Shown in pieces: positions 1 to 14,200 of a stretch of 64,000 nucleotides of DNA. The notes under the pieces are model-generated. The model had not been told where the DNA came from, searched no databases, and saw nothing but the letters and a program-made list of their open reading frames with translations. This stretch comes from Chrysomallon squamiferum. Lineage: Eukaryota; Animalia; Mollusca. The stretch's first letter is position 1. Each line of letters starts with the position of its first letter. The translations under genes and the position numbers were made by a program. Location: positions 12,524,001 through 12,588,000 of the forward strand of contig CM022675.1 of NCBI GenBank assembly GCA_012295275.1, given 5' to 3'.

Positions 1-83
<83 letters not shown>
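1..83. repeat. (CT)n microsatellite, truncated by window start
   Basis: Pure CT run. Confidence 0.98.
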
Positions 84-85
<2 letters not shown>

Positions 86-1340
86 CTCTATATTTCCATG
101 TCAAAAAACAACAACAACGAGCCTCCCCTCCACCCCCCCAAAAAAAAACTCAACCCAAAACAACATAATGATATTTAAATTTAACAAAATACCATATCAT
201 AAAGATGACACTGGCATGATATATGAAGTATTATAATGTTCAAGAATCCTGTACATTCATGAAGTGAGGTAATTTGCGAAGACCGTTGCATACAGATTAA
301 TATTTCACCTCCTTCCAGCTCCAGTCTTTGTAATTACAGTGTGGGTTAAGTTTGATATCTTACCCTGTAGTTACTCTTGTTATTATTCAATTATTATAAC
401 TCTCTCTGAATGCTGAAGGGCTCCATACTTATAATGTAAATATTCTAGTTTTTACATTTTTTAAAGGTTTGGTATAGTTATTATGTTTACGTTTTAGCAC
501 TCATAGTTATGCTTTACAATAGTTTAAAATAATTGTTATAATCATTATTGTTATTGTTATTATAAATCCTTATCTTGAGTTCAAAGATTAATAATGTAAA
601 AAGATAGAAAAAAAAAGAACAAGTAAACAAACAAACAAATAAACAAATATATAATAGAAAAAAGGAAAAGAAATTAAAAAAAAAAAAAAAATCCAAGGTA
701 AAATAAACAGTTAAATATAAACATTATTAAAAATTAGATAATAATTATTATTATGACAGTGATCAATATTAAATCTTTATTAGCTCTGCTAATACTACTA
801 CTACTTCAATTAATATTAATATGATCATCATTATTATCTTTATCATGGTTATTAGTATCATTATCATAGTGATAATTATTATTACTGTTATTATTATTAT
901 TATTACTTGTTTTGTAATTTTTGTTATTATTATTTTTATTATTATTATTAGTTATTATTATTATTATTATAAGTCTTCCTCTTGTTGTTTTTATTGTTAC
1001 CTTCCATCTTTGTTTTCCTGTTCTCCATATTAACCACAGCAGTAATTGATTTCAGCGTATGAAAGTAAAAACACACAGTGATGAAATTCCGCGCTGACAT
1101 GTAAACTTGAGAAGAATTTGTGTGAAAGTTTAGAAGGTTTACAGCACGAGACTTGTTATCAGAGTTTCACCACTTGTTTAATCAGCAGCATCTCGCAATC
1201 TTACACCAGCCAGCTTTTAAACATGTGACTGCTCCAGTCTATCATGTGACAAATTCATTTGACCTCTGACACCTCAGCTAAGAAAGCAATCAATTAAATG
1301 AGGATTAAAGAGGGTGGGGATCTTTAATAAAAAAACAACA

Positions 1341-1418
<78 letters not shown>

Positions 1419-2414
1419 AATTTTTTTTTGACATGTAATGTAATATGTTTTTTTTACTTATTTCCTTCCTTTTATCTTTTTTAACGTCTTTCATTCATTC
1501 TTTCTTTCTTTCTGTTTCTTATTCACTTCTATTCTTATTTTTAAAGTAATTTTATATAAATATATATAAATGTATAGTTATAAATGTATATAATGAATGT
1601 GTGTGTGTATATATGGAAGCAGTATTCTTATCGACATAACCTATGCATATACATAATATTATGTATGCATATATGTCTTTGAATATGCATTTTAAAATAT
1701 AGGTTCTTGTTCAAAACAAAAAAAGCATCCCCCTCAAAAAAAAAAAAAGGACCTCCAAAAATTTGGTTCATTACCGCAATCAGCAAGTTGTATTTACATA
1801 ATTTAAAATTTTCCTCAAACAGGGCGTATGAACTATTAATTTGAAAATGCAGAAAATGTTGCAATATAAAAAACAATAAATAGAAACAAACAAAGAAAAA
1901 ACAGGATGTGGTAAAATATATCAAATGTACACAAAGCTGGAGCAAAGAATTAAAAGATTAAAATGGCTGCTACTTTTCAAACGACTTCACTTTTTTTTAT
2001 TCAAATTTGATATCGTGAACAAAAAGTGTGAACTGCTTTAACACGACTCCTAGTCTGCTTAAATTAAAATCACATTTGAAAACCTCACACAAAGAGGTAA
2101 AGAAAAAAAAGAAAAGAAAGAAAGAAAGAAAGAAAGCAAAAAATATTTTGTTTACCAATTTGAAAATAAATTTGTAAGTGTTTGAATTATGACAATATTT
2201 CCAAAAATTCTGATGAAATAATGTTAAGTTTAATAATTATGACAATAAAATACACAGTCATGTGCGTACTTTATGAAATACATATACCTATACTACAGGC
2301 TTGTTGCACATGCAAAATTATACATGTACACATTCTCATACATACATCATACATGCTTACACACATAAATATATACACATACATTTACATACATATATAC
2401 ACATATATATTCAT

Positions 2415-2735
2415 ACAATTACATACATACATTCATATATACATATACACACACATACAATTACATGTATACATTCATATATACATAGACACACATACAG
2501 TTACATGTATGCATTCATATATACATAGACACACGCATACAATTATACATACATTCATATATACATAGACACACACATACAATTACATGTATACATTCAT
2601 ATATACATAGACACACATACAATTACATGTATACATTCATATATACATAGACACACACAATTACATGTATACATCCATATATACATAGACACACACAATT
2701 ACATGTATACATTCATATATACATAGACACATATA
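2415..2735. repeat. ~40-bp minisatellite
   Basis: Unit aattacatgtatacattcatatatacatagacacacatac, about 8 copies. Confidence 0.92.
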
Positions 2736-3589
2736 CCCACACACATCTGTATTCGGCCTGACACACACACAAGTACTGTAAACAGACAGGTACAAGAACA
2801 TTTCACTTCAGCTACTTGCCAGCGATACAAAAAAACATTAATGAACTGAGATGGTTTAGTCTGTATTGGCAGGTATGAGATGATTCGGTGCTAATAGAAA
2901 GTGCATGAAAACAGGTGAATCGCATGAAAAATCTCGACAGTCACATTAAGAAGGCGACAAAAACATATTAATTACTGCTTCAGTGCGTCTCTATGTTCAG
3001 GTGAAACAGCGTCTCTCTCGCTAGCAGAATTGATGTGGGACAATCTCGGTGTACATCTAAACATTACCACGATGTCTGGCTTTGATCATGTTTTTTTTAT
3101 CTATCTCCTCTACTTGTTATTAACTTGATCATTACATCTTGATGAAAACACATTCCTACACATTTCGACTTCATTACAGCTGCATAGGTGTTATGATACA
3201 TAGTTTGAAAAAAAACAAAGATGGAGAAGATATTTGTGCAGATATTTGCCGTTTTTGTGATTTTTTGTTTTTTGGGGGCTTGTTTAATAAATGTAATTAT
3301 GTTTGTGATATGACATATGCACACTGTAACATAAACATACACATGAATACGCATACACATGCACAGACATGCATGCAACACAGACATGCATGCAAAAAGA
3401 AATGAATTCACAAGGTTCATTAAGAGATAGGTACATATATCAGTACAACTGGTTTTACACTAAGAATCTACTAAGCATACATAACAATATACAACTTACA
3501 AAAGATTAAAAATAAAAACAAAAATAAAATAAAATAAAATAAATAAAAACAGAAAAAATAATAAATAGCATATAACTTATTCATGTCTC

Positions 3590-3770
3590 AGAAATACAGA
3601 GAGACACACACACACTTTGTATACAATACGTATTTCTATGACAGACAGACAGACACACACACTTTGTATACAATACATATTTCTATGACAGACAGACAGA
3701 CACACACACTTTGTATACAATTCATATTTCTGACAGACAGAGACTAATACATTTGTAGACAGACACAAAT
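3590..3770. repeat. ~50-bp tandem repeat
   Basis: cacacactttgtatacaatac(a/g)tatttctatgacagacaga, about 3 copies. Confidence 0.85.
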
Positions 3771-5529
3771 TGTTTTGCTGTGTGTACTGATAGAATTATG
3801 TTCAGAGAATGTAAACCACTTGCTGTACAGACAGATGGACAGAGAGACCACACACACTTCATTCAGTAGAGCACACTAACACTAGTAGCAGACTGAAATA
3901 GACTGAGTTTACCCACATCACGTGTACCACACTAAACTAACGTAAAAGTCACTGAAAACAAACAAAATGCCAGGTAAGAAGAGACATAGAGTAGAGGAAA
4001 ATGGAAACAAACAAAACAAAGTGACATAAAATAGAGACAGAGTGGAATAAACCTTGTTTCTGACAGTTTGGTTGTGTATTTTTATATGTCTGCCACTTCC
4101 TCTGTGCTGTAACTTGTTAATAATGTTCAAATGATGAATACATTAAAAATACAAATGGCTGACTTGGCAGTGATGTGTTTAGGTGAGGATTTCACTCATT
4201 AAGAAACTGAACTGAATATTGGGTCAGTGTACTTGAATATGTACTTGTATATCTCTACGTGTGTGTGTATGTGTACTTTTATATTTCTGTATATGTGTGT
4301 GTGTGTATATGTCTGCTTATATATGTCAGTATGTATGTGTATGTGTGTGTATGTGTGTGTGTGTGTACTGAACAAAGTAAAATATTTCTAAGAGATTACA
4401 ACTTTCTCAGTAAAATATATTGGGCCATACAGTAACACAAATACTTACCAGAGAACTATAAAAACTGATAGTATGTATATATTGTTAATTTACCAGGTTC
4501 CTCTCTCTCTGTATAAATGGTCACTATTCTAAAATATTTATTATACAGAAATTGTATCCTAGGGCCATACAGTAACACATTTACATATCTGGGTACTGTG
4601 TAAACTGATATATTTCAATACATTTGTTATTTTAACAGGACTTTACACACACATATAAAAGGTCAATATTTTTCTCATCATCTAAAAAAGTCCAGATATT
4701 ACCCTCAGGGAAAATAAAATGATGTAGAAATCTTTCAATAAAGTTAACAAGCTCTGCTCGTGTGTGTGTGTTTTTTTTTTTTTTTTGTAGTTTGCAGGTG
4801 TGGTTGGGTGCCATGTGTGAGTTTGTTAGTAAATGAAGCCAGCTATGTTCTGCATTGTTCAGCTATGTTCTGTAAGTTTCACTGCTCTGTGGAGCTATGT
4901 CTGCTATGTTTCGTGCCTGAAGCTTATGATGCGGAGAAGACAGTAAAAGTAGAAGAAAAACAAAGAGTCTGGAACTGACGTTTACTTCTGTGAGATGGCC
5001 AGGAAATTCGGATGCTACATTTGTCAAAGAAATGGTTTTATTGTGATCGCTTCATTCCTGCAAGAAAGAAATCAGTGCTTACTGCGAGACTCATTTTTCA
5101 AATAAGCAGTTTGTGGTCCAGTTTGTTTATGTTCTAGGTGTGTATGTTGTTCGTTAGGCAGTTTCTAACTAGAGTAAACATGGAGTTTAAAAAAATAGAT
5201 TTTTAAGGATGTTGTACAATGACTTTTCATTTGTGCAGTTCATGAAATAGCTTTCTAATACTTGTTTCTGTGTATTGAAAATTTCATAATAATGTGCTGA
5301 TGATGATGTAATGTAGTTCTGTTGAGATTTTTCTTCTGTTCAAACCACTGCTTTATAACATACTAATTAAAATATTCAGGTATTTTGTAAATTAATTTAT
5401 TTACCTTTTGAAAACAAACAAAAATTATATTACTTTATTGAATATTTCACTAGCAATATTTACAAGTTCAAGGTGTATCTGCAAGTTCATAAATTATTCA
5501 GGTTAAAAATATATATATATATTTATATT

Positions 5530-5832
5530 TATATATGTTTATACACAAACACAACAAGTTCACACAGTATATTGAGATTCACAGTACATATTCAGGTTCA
5601 CAAATATATATATGTACACACAAACATACACAAGTTCACACAGAATACTGAGATTCACAGTACATATTCAGGTTCACAATGTATATATATACACACAAAC
5701 ACACACAAGTTCACACAGTATATTGAGATTTCACAGTACATATTCAGGTTCACAATGTATATATGTACACACAAACATACACAAGTTCACACAGTATATT
5801 GAGATTCACAGTACATATTCAGGTTCACAATG

Positions 5833-5866
<34 letters not shown>

Positions 5867-5970
5867 ATCACACACAAGTTCACACAGTATATTCAGGTTC
5901 ACAATGTATATATGTACATACAAACACACACAAGTTCACACAGTATACTGATATTCACAGTACATACAAA
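5530..5970. repeat. ~76-bp minisatellite
   Basis: caagttcacacagtatattgagattcacagtacatattcaggttcacaatgtata..., about 6 copies. Confidence 0.92.
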
Positions 5971-6458
5971 GTTCTAGCTGCCAGTGAAGTTTAAGCTGAG
6001 CTGTAAAGGAATAAGCTATTAACATGAACTGGCACACGACTCTCTCCAAAACATCTGTTTTGCATTTTTCAAGCAAGCCCATACATTTTACTACAACATA
6101 AAACTCTGGACCCCCACGCTTTGAAGAAGGGATCAAGGGAGATAATGATTCCGTTTTGCTAGTACTACTTTACATACAGCTAAATCACAGAGGAAAATCC
6201 TGCTTACCTGTCTGCTAACTTTGATTACAGGAGAAAGATTTATTTTATAGATTCTGTTTAAGTTTACAAATAATAGCAGTTAACATTCTTACGTTGATTG
6301 CTGTTTGTTTTAGCAGTTTGTTGTGGTTCAGTGGTTAGAGAGGTTGTGGGCTGCAGGACTGACCATCTTCAGTATGCACATTAGTAAACAGCCATTGTGA
6401 CCAGCTTCTCATAAACAAGTTGTCAAATACTGATTGATTAGGAGGAGAGAGGGAGAAA

Positions 6459-6521
<63 letters not shown>

Positions 6522-6618
6522 CTGTTGATAATTACTCTCTACTGTTATGAAGTATAGCAGTTATTATTATTTTTTTAATTCTTAGTATCATTATGTGAAA
6601 TGAACAAACCACTATCAA

Positions 6619-6663
<45 letters not shown>

Positions 6664-6824
6664 AAATAAAATTAAATAAATAAATAAAGACTGAATAGAT
6701 AAATAAAACAAAAAGAAGAAAAACTGGACAAATATTTTAAGAGTAAACACAGACCACCATGGATAAATGACTTGTTATCACAGAAATTAAAAAAAAAATC
6801 ATTCAACAGTGATTTTTATCATCC

Positions 6825-6857
<33 letters not shown>

Positions 6858-7174
6858 TTCAACATGTCTGGTTTTTTTTTTTTTTGGTTTTTTTTAAACA
6901 ACCTAGAAATTTGTATCCTAAAACTAAATGAAGGAAAGTTGAGAGTTTGCTGCCAGTGAGGTGAGGGAGGATTAGGAATCTCCTCTCCGCTTATTGAATT
7001 ATTCCTCCTCTGTTTGTGCTAGCATCCGGCTTGTTTCATCCTCGCTCACCTTAATTGAAAACAGCAGCCCGTCACTAACTCATAATGTTTGGAAGCAAAA
7101 ACCTCAGAAGGATCACTTCCAAGAGACTGACAGCTTTCTGTAACAAATAGCTGTACACAACATAGGTTGTCAGC

Positions 7175-7335
7175 AGGTAATAGTTTAATTTAGTAGTAGG
7201 TAATAGTTTAATTTAATAGTAATGTCAGGAAAGTAGTAGGTAATATTTAATTTGATAGTAATGTCAGGAAAGTAGTAGGTAATATTTAATTTGATAGTAA
7301 TGTCAAGAAAGTAGTAGGTAATAGTTTGATTTGAT
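7175..7335. repeat. ~39-bp tandem repeat
   Basis: agtagtaggtaatatttaatttgatagtaatgtcaggaa, 3-4 copies. Confidence 0.88.
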
Positions 7336-7918
7336 GGTTACATAGTTCAACATAGGCACACACACAGACATACATACACATACACACACACACACAGACA
7401 GACAATATTATACTCATATGCTTTGCTCAATGGTTAACCTAGTCTGGTTTGTAATAAAATATAACATGGAAAAAAAAAAAATGTAAAAATGCCTCCAACC
7501 AAAAAAAAAAAAAAGAAAAAAAAAAAAAAAAAAAAAGAAAAGAGTGAAAAAAAAAAGAGTTCCATTAATAGAAGATAACCCTGGAGAATTAAATCTGAGA
7601 CAAATCATATCAGATGATGAAAACGTGTTATCGCTGGCTTGGTCAGAAGAGCACAGTCTGTTGAGTCCAAATTGAATTGTCAGCTGACAGTTCTGAAATA
7701 GCTATTTAATTACCTCCCCTCATTACTGCGACAGACTGCTTGATCAGTGTCAGAAGTGAACAAATTACACAAATACATTGTTCTTTCCCGTCCTCACAAA
7801 TACTGTCCAGTAATGGTGATGATGATGATGATGATGGAGGTAATGATATTGATGACAATGATATGTTGATAATAATAATGATAATGATAAACAGCAATTA
7901 TTATGATAAACAGCAATT

Positions 7919-7973
<55 letters not shown>

Positions 7974-10224
7974 GTAATAATAATAATAACAACAACAACA
8001 ACAAATAAATATAGACACAGATAAAAAAAAAAATAAAAAAAATGAATTCACATATAAAATAATAGATATGAAGGGAATTATGTTTACATATGTCTAAAAA
8101 TACATAAAACCCTGAAAGTTGAAAACATTTTTCATTTCAATTTATTTCATGTGTACACTGGTCTAGTAATAATATACAGAGTTAAAATACCAAAGGGTTC
8201 ATAAATGAGTGTCTGTTTATACTGGTCAGACTGTAAATCACAACTAAGGTGTGTCCCGAGGAAATTTATAATTAGATTTTGTAGACAGCTGAGTAGTATT
8301 GTTTTTTTAAAACTCACTGGTATGGGGGGGGGGGATGGCTCAGTCTGTGTAGATGTCAATATAGAGGACGTGTATTAAAAAATAGAAATAAAATGTATTT
8401 ATTTTTAACATGAAGACGACTGATCAGTGGCCTGTGCTTACACTTAAAATGCTTGTCGAAGGGTTAGAACTGGTTATGGGAATTTCCTAAATGCTTCTCT
8501 GCTGTTGTTGTTGTTGTAAACGAAACCCCAGTGTTGCTGGTGCGTGTAAAGTATGCGTCTGTCAGATCCATCAAGTGTTAATGATTTTAAACAAGACTGG
8601 TTTATTAGTTAATATCTTTTCTGTCAGCCAATCACAGCCTGGCTATTAACGGCGTCTGTCATTGGCTTAGATGTTAGTGAATGGTGAAGTTTAATTGCAA
8701 TAAATTTTATAATAATTTAAAAAAAAAAAAAAAAAAAATATCAGGGACAATTAAAATTCAGCCCAAAAACTGATTAAGATAGAATATGACTGACTGTAAC
8801 TTGTAGACCTGGTAAATATAATTTTTTTTTTAAATTTGTGATACTTCTATTAATATGTTGTGTATATTCAGTTACTTTTACACAAGTTACATTTTGATTT
8901 CCCTCAAACCATTCAATACAGTTTGATGATATAGTTTGCTTGTAATAAGGTTAGACTGTTTCTGTAAGGTGATGGTCACAACAGAATGATTTAAAAACGA
9001 ATCTTTGGTGTCTCACAGTGCCTGGATATTATCATCTGTCTCTTTGGTAGTTCAAAGATTTTAACATTAGATGTTCATGCTCCCCTCAGTGTTGATGAAA
9101 TTAAAAATAATCCAAATTCCTCTTTAACTCTTATTTGTTTAACTGACATAACAAAAACAATCTGTGCATAATTTACTGTGGAAACCAAAACTGCATCAGG
9201 ATGCTTTTTTAGTTACCATTTTGACATATGTGTATATATCCTGCATTCTGATTGGCTTGTTTAAATTCATTCAGCCAGTCATACATCGTTTTACATAAGT
9301 TTGATTTATTGGCCATAAAGTGATTTTATTAAGATTTTGGCAGAATCACATGTATCTCTTGGTTGATTTATCACCTGCAGTGTGATTTCGCAAGATCATC
9401 AAAACACTGGTATAAGAGTCAATTTTTACTGCTGAAATTATTTGTGTGGGCTTTTTAATTTTCAAAACATTTCACTTGAAGTTATGTGTGAATTGAAAAA
9501 TGAATTTCTTTATTTTGTTAATTCCAGTATAAGATTATACTGGAGCTAAAACTTTTAGATTTTTACTTCATAGATATATTAACTTAACAAAAAGAAAAAT
9601 GTGTCTCAATTTAATCTAATGTCAACATTTATATAAATTCCTGTTAAATGACTTCTATCTTTTCATTTTATATCTTGTTTGTTTTAAATTTCTCCTCATC
9701 ACATACTGAAAAGTATCTATTTATATAAACTCCCATTACAGAAAACATGTGTCCCCATTTTGAATCTTCTTTGTTTTAAATTCCTCCACAGATCAAATAA
9801 GAAAATGATCTACAAATAATTTAATTCTAGTTATTTCTCAACAAGTGACAGCAGGGAGATTTCACTGTCAGTTTAATGGCTGTTTCAGCATTGTTTGTGT
9901 GAGTTGTGTGTGAGTTGTGTGTGAGTTGTGTGTTCACTGATTTTGCTTACTAACTAACCTGGCTATGTGTATAAATATTCTCTCAGTTGTGTATAATGGT
10001 GGATATTAGTGAATCACGACTGGCTCTCAGTTCCTGCTCTGCCAGTGAAAGTGTTAACAGATGTTCACTGCACTCTTGCAGTGTTTACCCTGGAGAAAGG
10101 AAAATTTCATTCTCTTCTCAGTCTTTGTGCAGTTGTGTTAGAAACAGCCAAGTTGTGTTGTGATCAGTATAATCTGTGTGACAAACAACACGACTTACTC
10201 TGTCATTTCTCACCATACAAACAG

Positions 10225-10600
10225 CCTAATATTTTAATAATTCAAATAATTAATATACATATTCTATCGTAATATTTTATCACACAAACTTTAATAATTT
10301 AATTAATATACATATTCTATCAATTTTTTATAACACAAATAGACTAATATTTTAATAATTCAAATAATTAATATACATATTCTTTCGTAATATTTTATCA
10401 CACAAACTTTAATAATTTTAATTATATATATATATATATATATATTCTATTAATTTTTTATCACACAAATAGCCAAATATTTTAATAATTTAAATTATTA
10501 ATATAAACATTCAGTCATTTTTAATCACAGAAACAGCCAAATATTTCAGTAATTTAAATAATTATTTATTGTATTCTATCATATTTTGTCACACAATAAT
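10225..10600. repeat. ~60-bp AT-rich degenerate tandem repeat
   Basis: Recurrent ttttaataatt...atatacatattct...ttttatcacacaaa units. Confidence 0.8.
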
Positions 10601-10944
10601 ATAAAATGTTTTGAATAACCATTATTAAAATATTACAAAGTTAATTTTAGATTTAAAGAATTTTGTACATGCAAACTATTAAACTCTATCATCACTCTAC
10701 CACTTATAAAAAGTAACATGCTGTAGACAGATACACACACTGCTGTACAGATACACTGACAGATAAGTCAGATCTGTAGATTAGACAGTTTACATGGAAG
10801 AGATATTCAAGAAGATAGTTAACTAGGTAGATACATAACCAGTTCATTAGAAGTGTATGTGGATATGTTTGTAAATAGATATATAAATAGATTGTATGTA
10901 TATATATGTGTGAATATATGTTTGTATATAAATTTATGTAAATA

Positions 10945-11230
10945 GATGTATGCATGTATGTATGTATGTATGTGTGTATGTATGTATGTATGTATGTATT
11001 ATGTAGATGTATGCATGTATGTATGTATGTATGTATGTATGTATGTATGTATGTATGTGTGTATGTATATACTTGTATGTATATAAGTATGGAGGTATTT
11101 AGATAGGTAGGTGGGTAGGTGGGCAGACAGGTAGGCAGGTGGGTAGACAGGTAGGTAGGTGGGTAGACAGGTAGGCAGGTAGGTAGGTGGGTAGACAGGT
11201 AGGAAGGTAGGAAGGTGGGTAGACAGGTAC
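10945..11230. repeat. Compound (TATG)n followed by a GGTA/GGCA-derived repeat
   Basis: gtat tetramers, then gtgggtagacaggtagg units. Confidence 0.9.
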
Positions 11231-14200
11231 TGCAGACAGACAAACACACAGACGCAGGTAATGAATAGTTCCAGTCTGTGTAGGTGGCAGTGTGTGGTGA
11301 ATCTGCGGAGAATTAGCAACAATTACAGAGAACATGGAGCACTGCTACCAGGCTAATCTCCTCCACAGGAGTCTGCAACTGGATCCTTCATGTGAACCTA
11401 ACTTTCTTACCACGCGGCTTGGCTGAGTGACAGTTGGGCATGAAGAGATAACCACCTATTACAAGACTACTCCCTGGCTGCCTGTGTCAGCTCCAACACA
11501 AAGAGATGTGGCCAAGATAAAAGGATATTATTATTTTTTTACGTATGTGGTTTTGTGCAAAACGTAATTCTGTAGTGCTTTTTGGATTCTTCACAGGTAG
11601 GGTTCATGGTGGTTGTTGTTGTTGTTGTTGTTGTGCTGTTTGTGGAAATTGATACAGGTTTGAATGCTCAAGGAAAATGAAAGTTTGTTTTTTTGATATA
11701 CAAGAAGATGAATATTTATAATGGAATAAGATTTAAGTATATTTTAATATAAAGAAAATTAAATATATTATTAATATAAAGAAATTTAAAAGTTCTAATA
11801 TAGAGAAATGTAAATGTTTTAATACAAAGAAATAAAAAATTTATAATTTAAAAAGAAAGTGCTTTGTTATAAAGTTGTTTTTTTTATAAACATTTTTCGT
11901 GTAAATGGAACAATGCTGTGTAGAATAGAGGATGTATTTTTTTAAAAATATTTGATAACAAACATGAGATATAATAATTTAGTATTAGCATGTAGTGAAT
12001 ACAGCTATTTTATTTTACCTGTAAAATACGTAATGATAAATGTATACTTTTTTTCTTTCCTAAAAGTTACTAAGCTGGTGAATGTTTTATTATCCTTTCA
12101 TATAATTATCATCATCTTCATCATCTTTATCATCATTTGATAATTATCTCATTCTCTTTTTTTCTGTTTCCATCTGTTTTTTCTTTTACTGTTACTATTA
12201 GTAGCAATGATAATGGAAGTAATTGTAGAAAAAGTTGAATGGTGGTAACAGAAATAGGAGTTGTATTGTAGTAATAGTAGCAGTTGTAGTAACAGAAGTA
12301 GCAATTGTAGTTGTTGTAGTAGTAATAGTAGTTGTTGTAGGTTGTACTGTTTACAGAACAAGAAAAACAGTCATAATAATGGTGGAAACAGGAAATTTGT
12401 TCCATACTTTTTTATACATACATATGCTTTTTATATTTAAGAAATAATAAAAATAAAGAAATAAAATCTTAAACCTGTAACTGATGGTAGTAATAAAAAC
12501 CTCGAATATCACATTGTAGAAAATAAATCACCTGAAATTTAATAATTTCTGTAGGGAATAAATATCATTTGAATATAAAATATGAAAAGTAAAAAAAAAG
12601 TAAGAGAACTTTATTTATTTACTTAAGTGAGTTGGAACAAAAGTTTTTTAAAATTTATTTACTGAAATTCTAATGTGATATTTAGATATTTGAGCATTAA
12701 TTTATTCAACCAAATATTATCATATGTGCCATTTTGTTCATTTTTCAGACTATGTATATTTGTCATATGTTTCAGTCACTTAAGAAATGAAATAATATGC
12801 TCAAAAACACTATTAACTTTAGTTACAACAACAACAACAACAACAACAACAATAATAATAATAATGGTAATTAATACAAAAAAACAATAACAATAATAAG
12901 AACAAGAATTTTAATAATAATAATAATAATAATAATAACGGTAATTAACACAAAAAAACAACAAATAAATATCACTGCTATGTTTATATTACAAATATAA
13001 ACATTTTGACTGGTTCAAACTAATAAATTTCAGTGTCACTATAAATAGATTATAAAAATGAACTACCATTGACACTTAACAACTGTTTTTAAAATTATAA
13101 AAATGATTTAAAAAAAAAAAGCTCTGGTCCAGTGATTAAAGCTTGCAGCTGTGAAAAAAAAAAAAAAAGAAATGCTTGAGGTAATGGATTGCTATATTAT
13201 TAATTGGAAAGTTTGCTTTTTTTCTGATAAAAGACTGCAAGAAGAAGTGAAGTCTGTATTAGCATACGAGATCAATATTATTCTGTACAACATGCATAAC
13301 AGAACTGAAAGCTTATTGATTCACCTGTGATTAGACCAAATTCAATTACCATGTTATTTTTATAAACATCTTGAAGGGAAAAATTATTATTTTATTTTTT
13401 TTTTTTGTTATTTTTTGTGGTGGCGGTTGATTAAAAAAAAAGAAAAAAAAAAGATAAAAAGTATCTGATAGGTGAGAATAGATTGGTTTGGTGAAGTAGG
13501 TTTGAGTCATATTGGTTTGGTGAAGTAGGTTTGAGTCATATTTTCTTGTGAATGAATGACTGAATGACTAAATAAATCAGTGAATGAATAAATGAGAGGA
13601 GATTAAAATTTAAAAGAAATATATATATAAAAATTTATTTCACCAACAATATTGTGAAAGATAAAAAATAAAACTGTTTTGAAAAAAAAAAAATTTAAAA
13701 ATAAAAGTAAAATAATAAATATGAAGTATTTGTTTACTTTTAAATGCTAAGAAAGATAAAAAATAAAACAGATTTTGAAAAAAAAAAAGATAAACAGAAA
13801 AGTAAAATTTAAACCTCAAATTTGTTTTTGTTACCGGGATAGCTCATTTTATTTAGAAAACTGATTAAAAGTTGCATTGGGATTTTTCTGAAACTTTTAC
13901 ATGGTTCTGAATTTGTTATGAAATAGTTATTTAAAAAAAAAAAAAAGAGAAGAATATTGATAATGAAGAAACAATAATTTACATTCATAGCATTTTGAAA
14001 TGAAGTTTCTTTCAGGCTTCGTCTATGATTTAATATACATTTTTGTGAGCTGAGGTTGGAATGTGAAATCAATATGGTGTTGGACAATAAATTAATATAG
14101 GTTTGTTTCCCAGTGTGTGAGCTGTAATTGTGTTATGATTGACTGAAATCTGAATAGCAGCATTGACACAAAATAAAGTACCAAATGGTAATAATATTAA

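Noticed and set aside
6322-13154. tRNA-like A-box fragments near 6325 (ggttcagtggttagag) and 13125 (ggtccagtgattaaag)
   Set aside because: No B box or cloverleaf follows. At most these are decayed SINE fragments, not tRNA genes.
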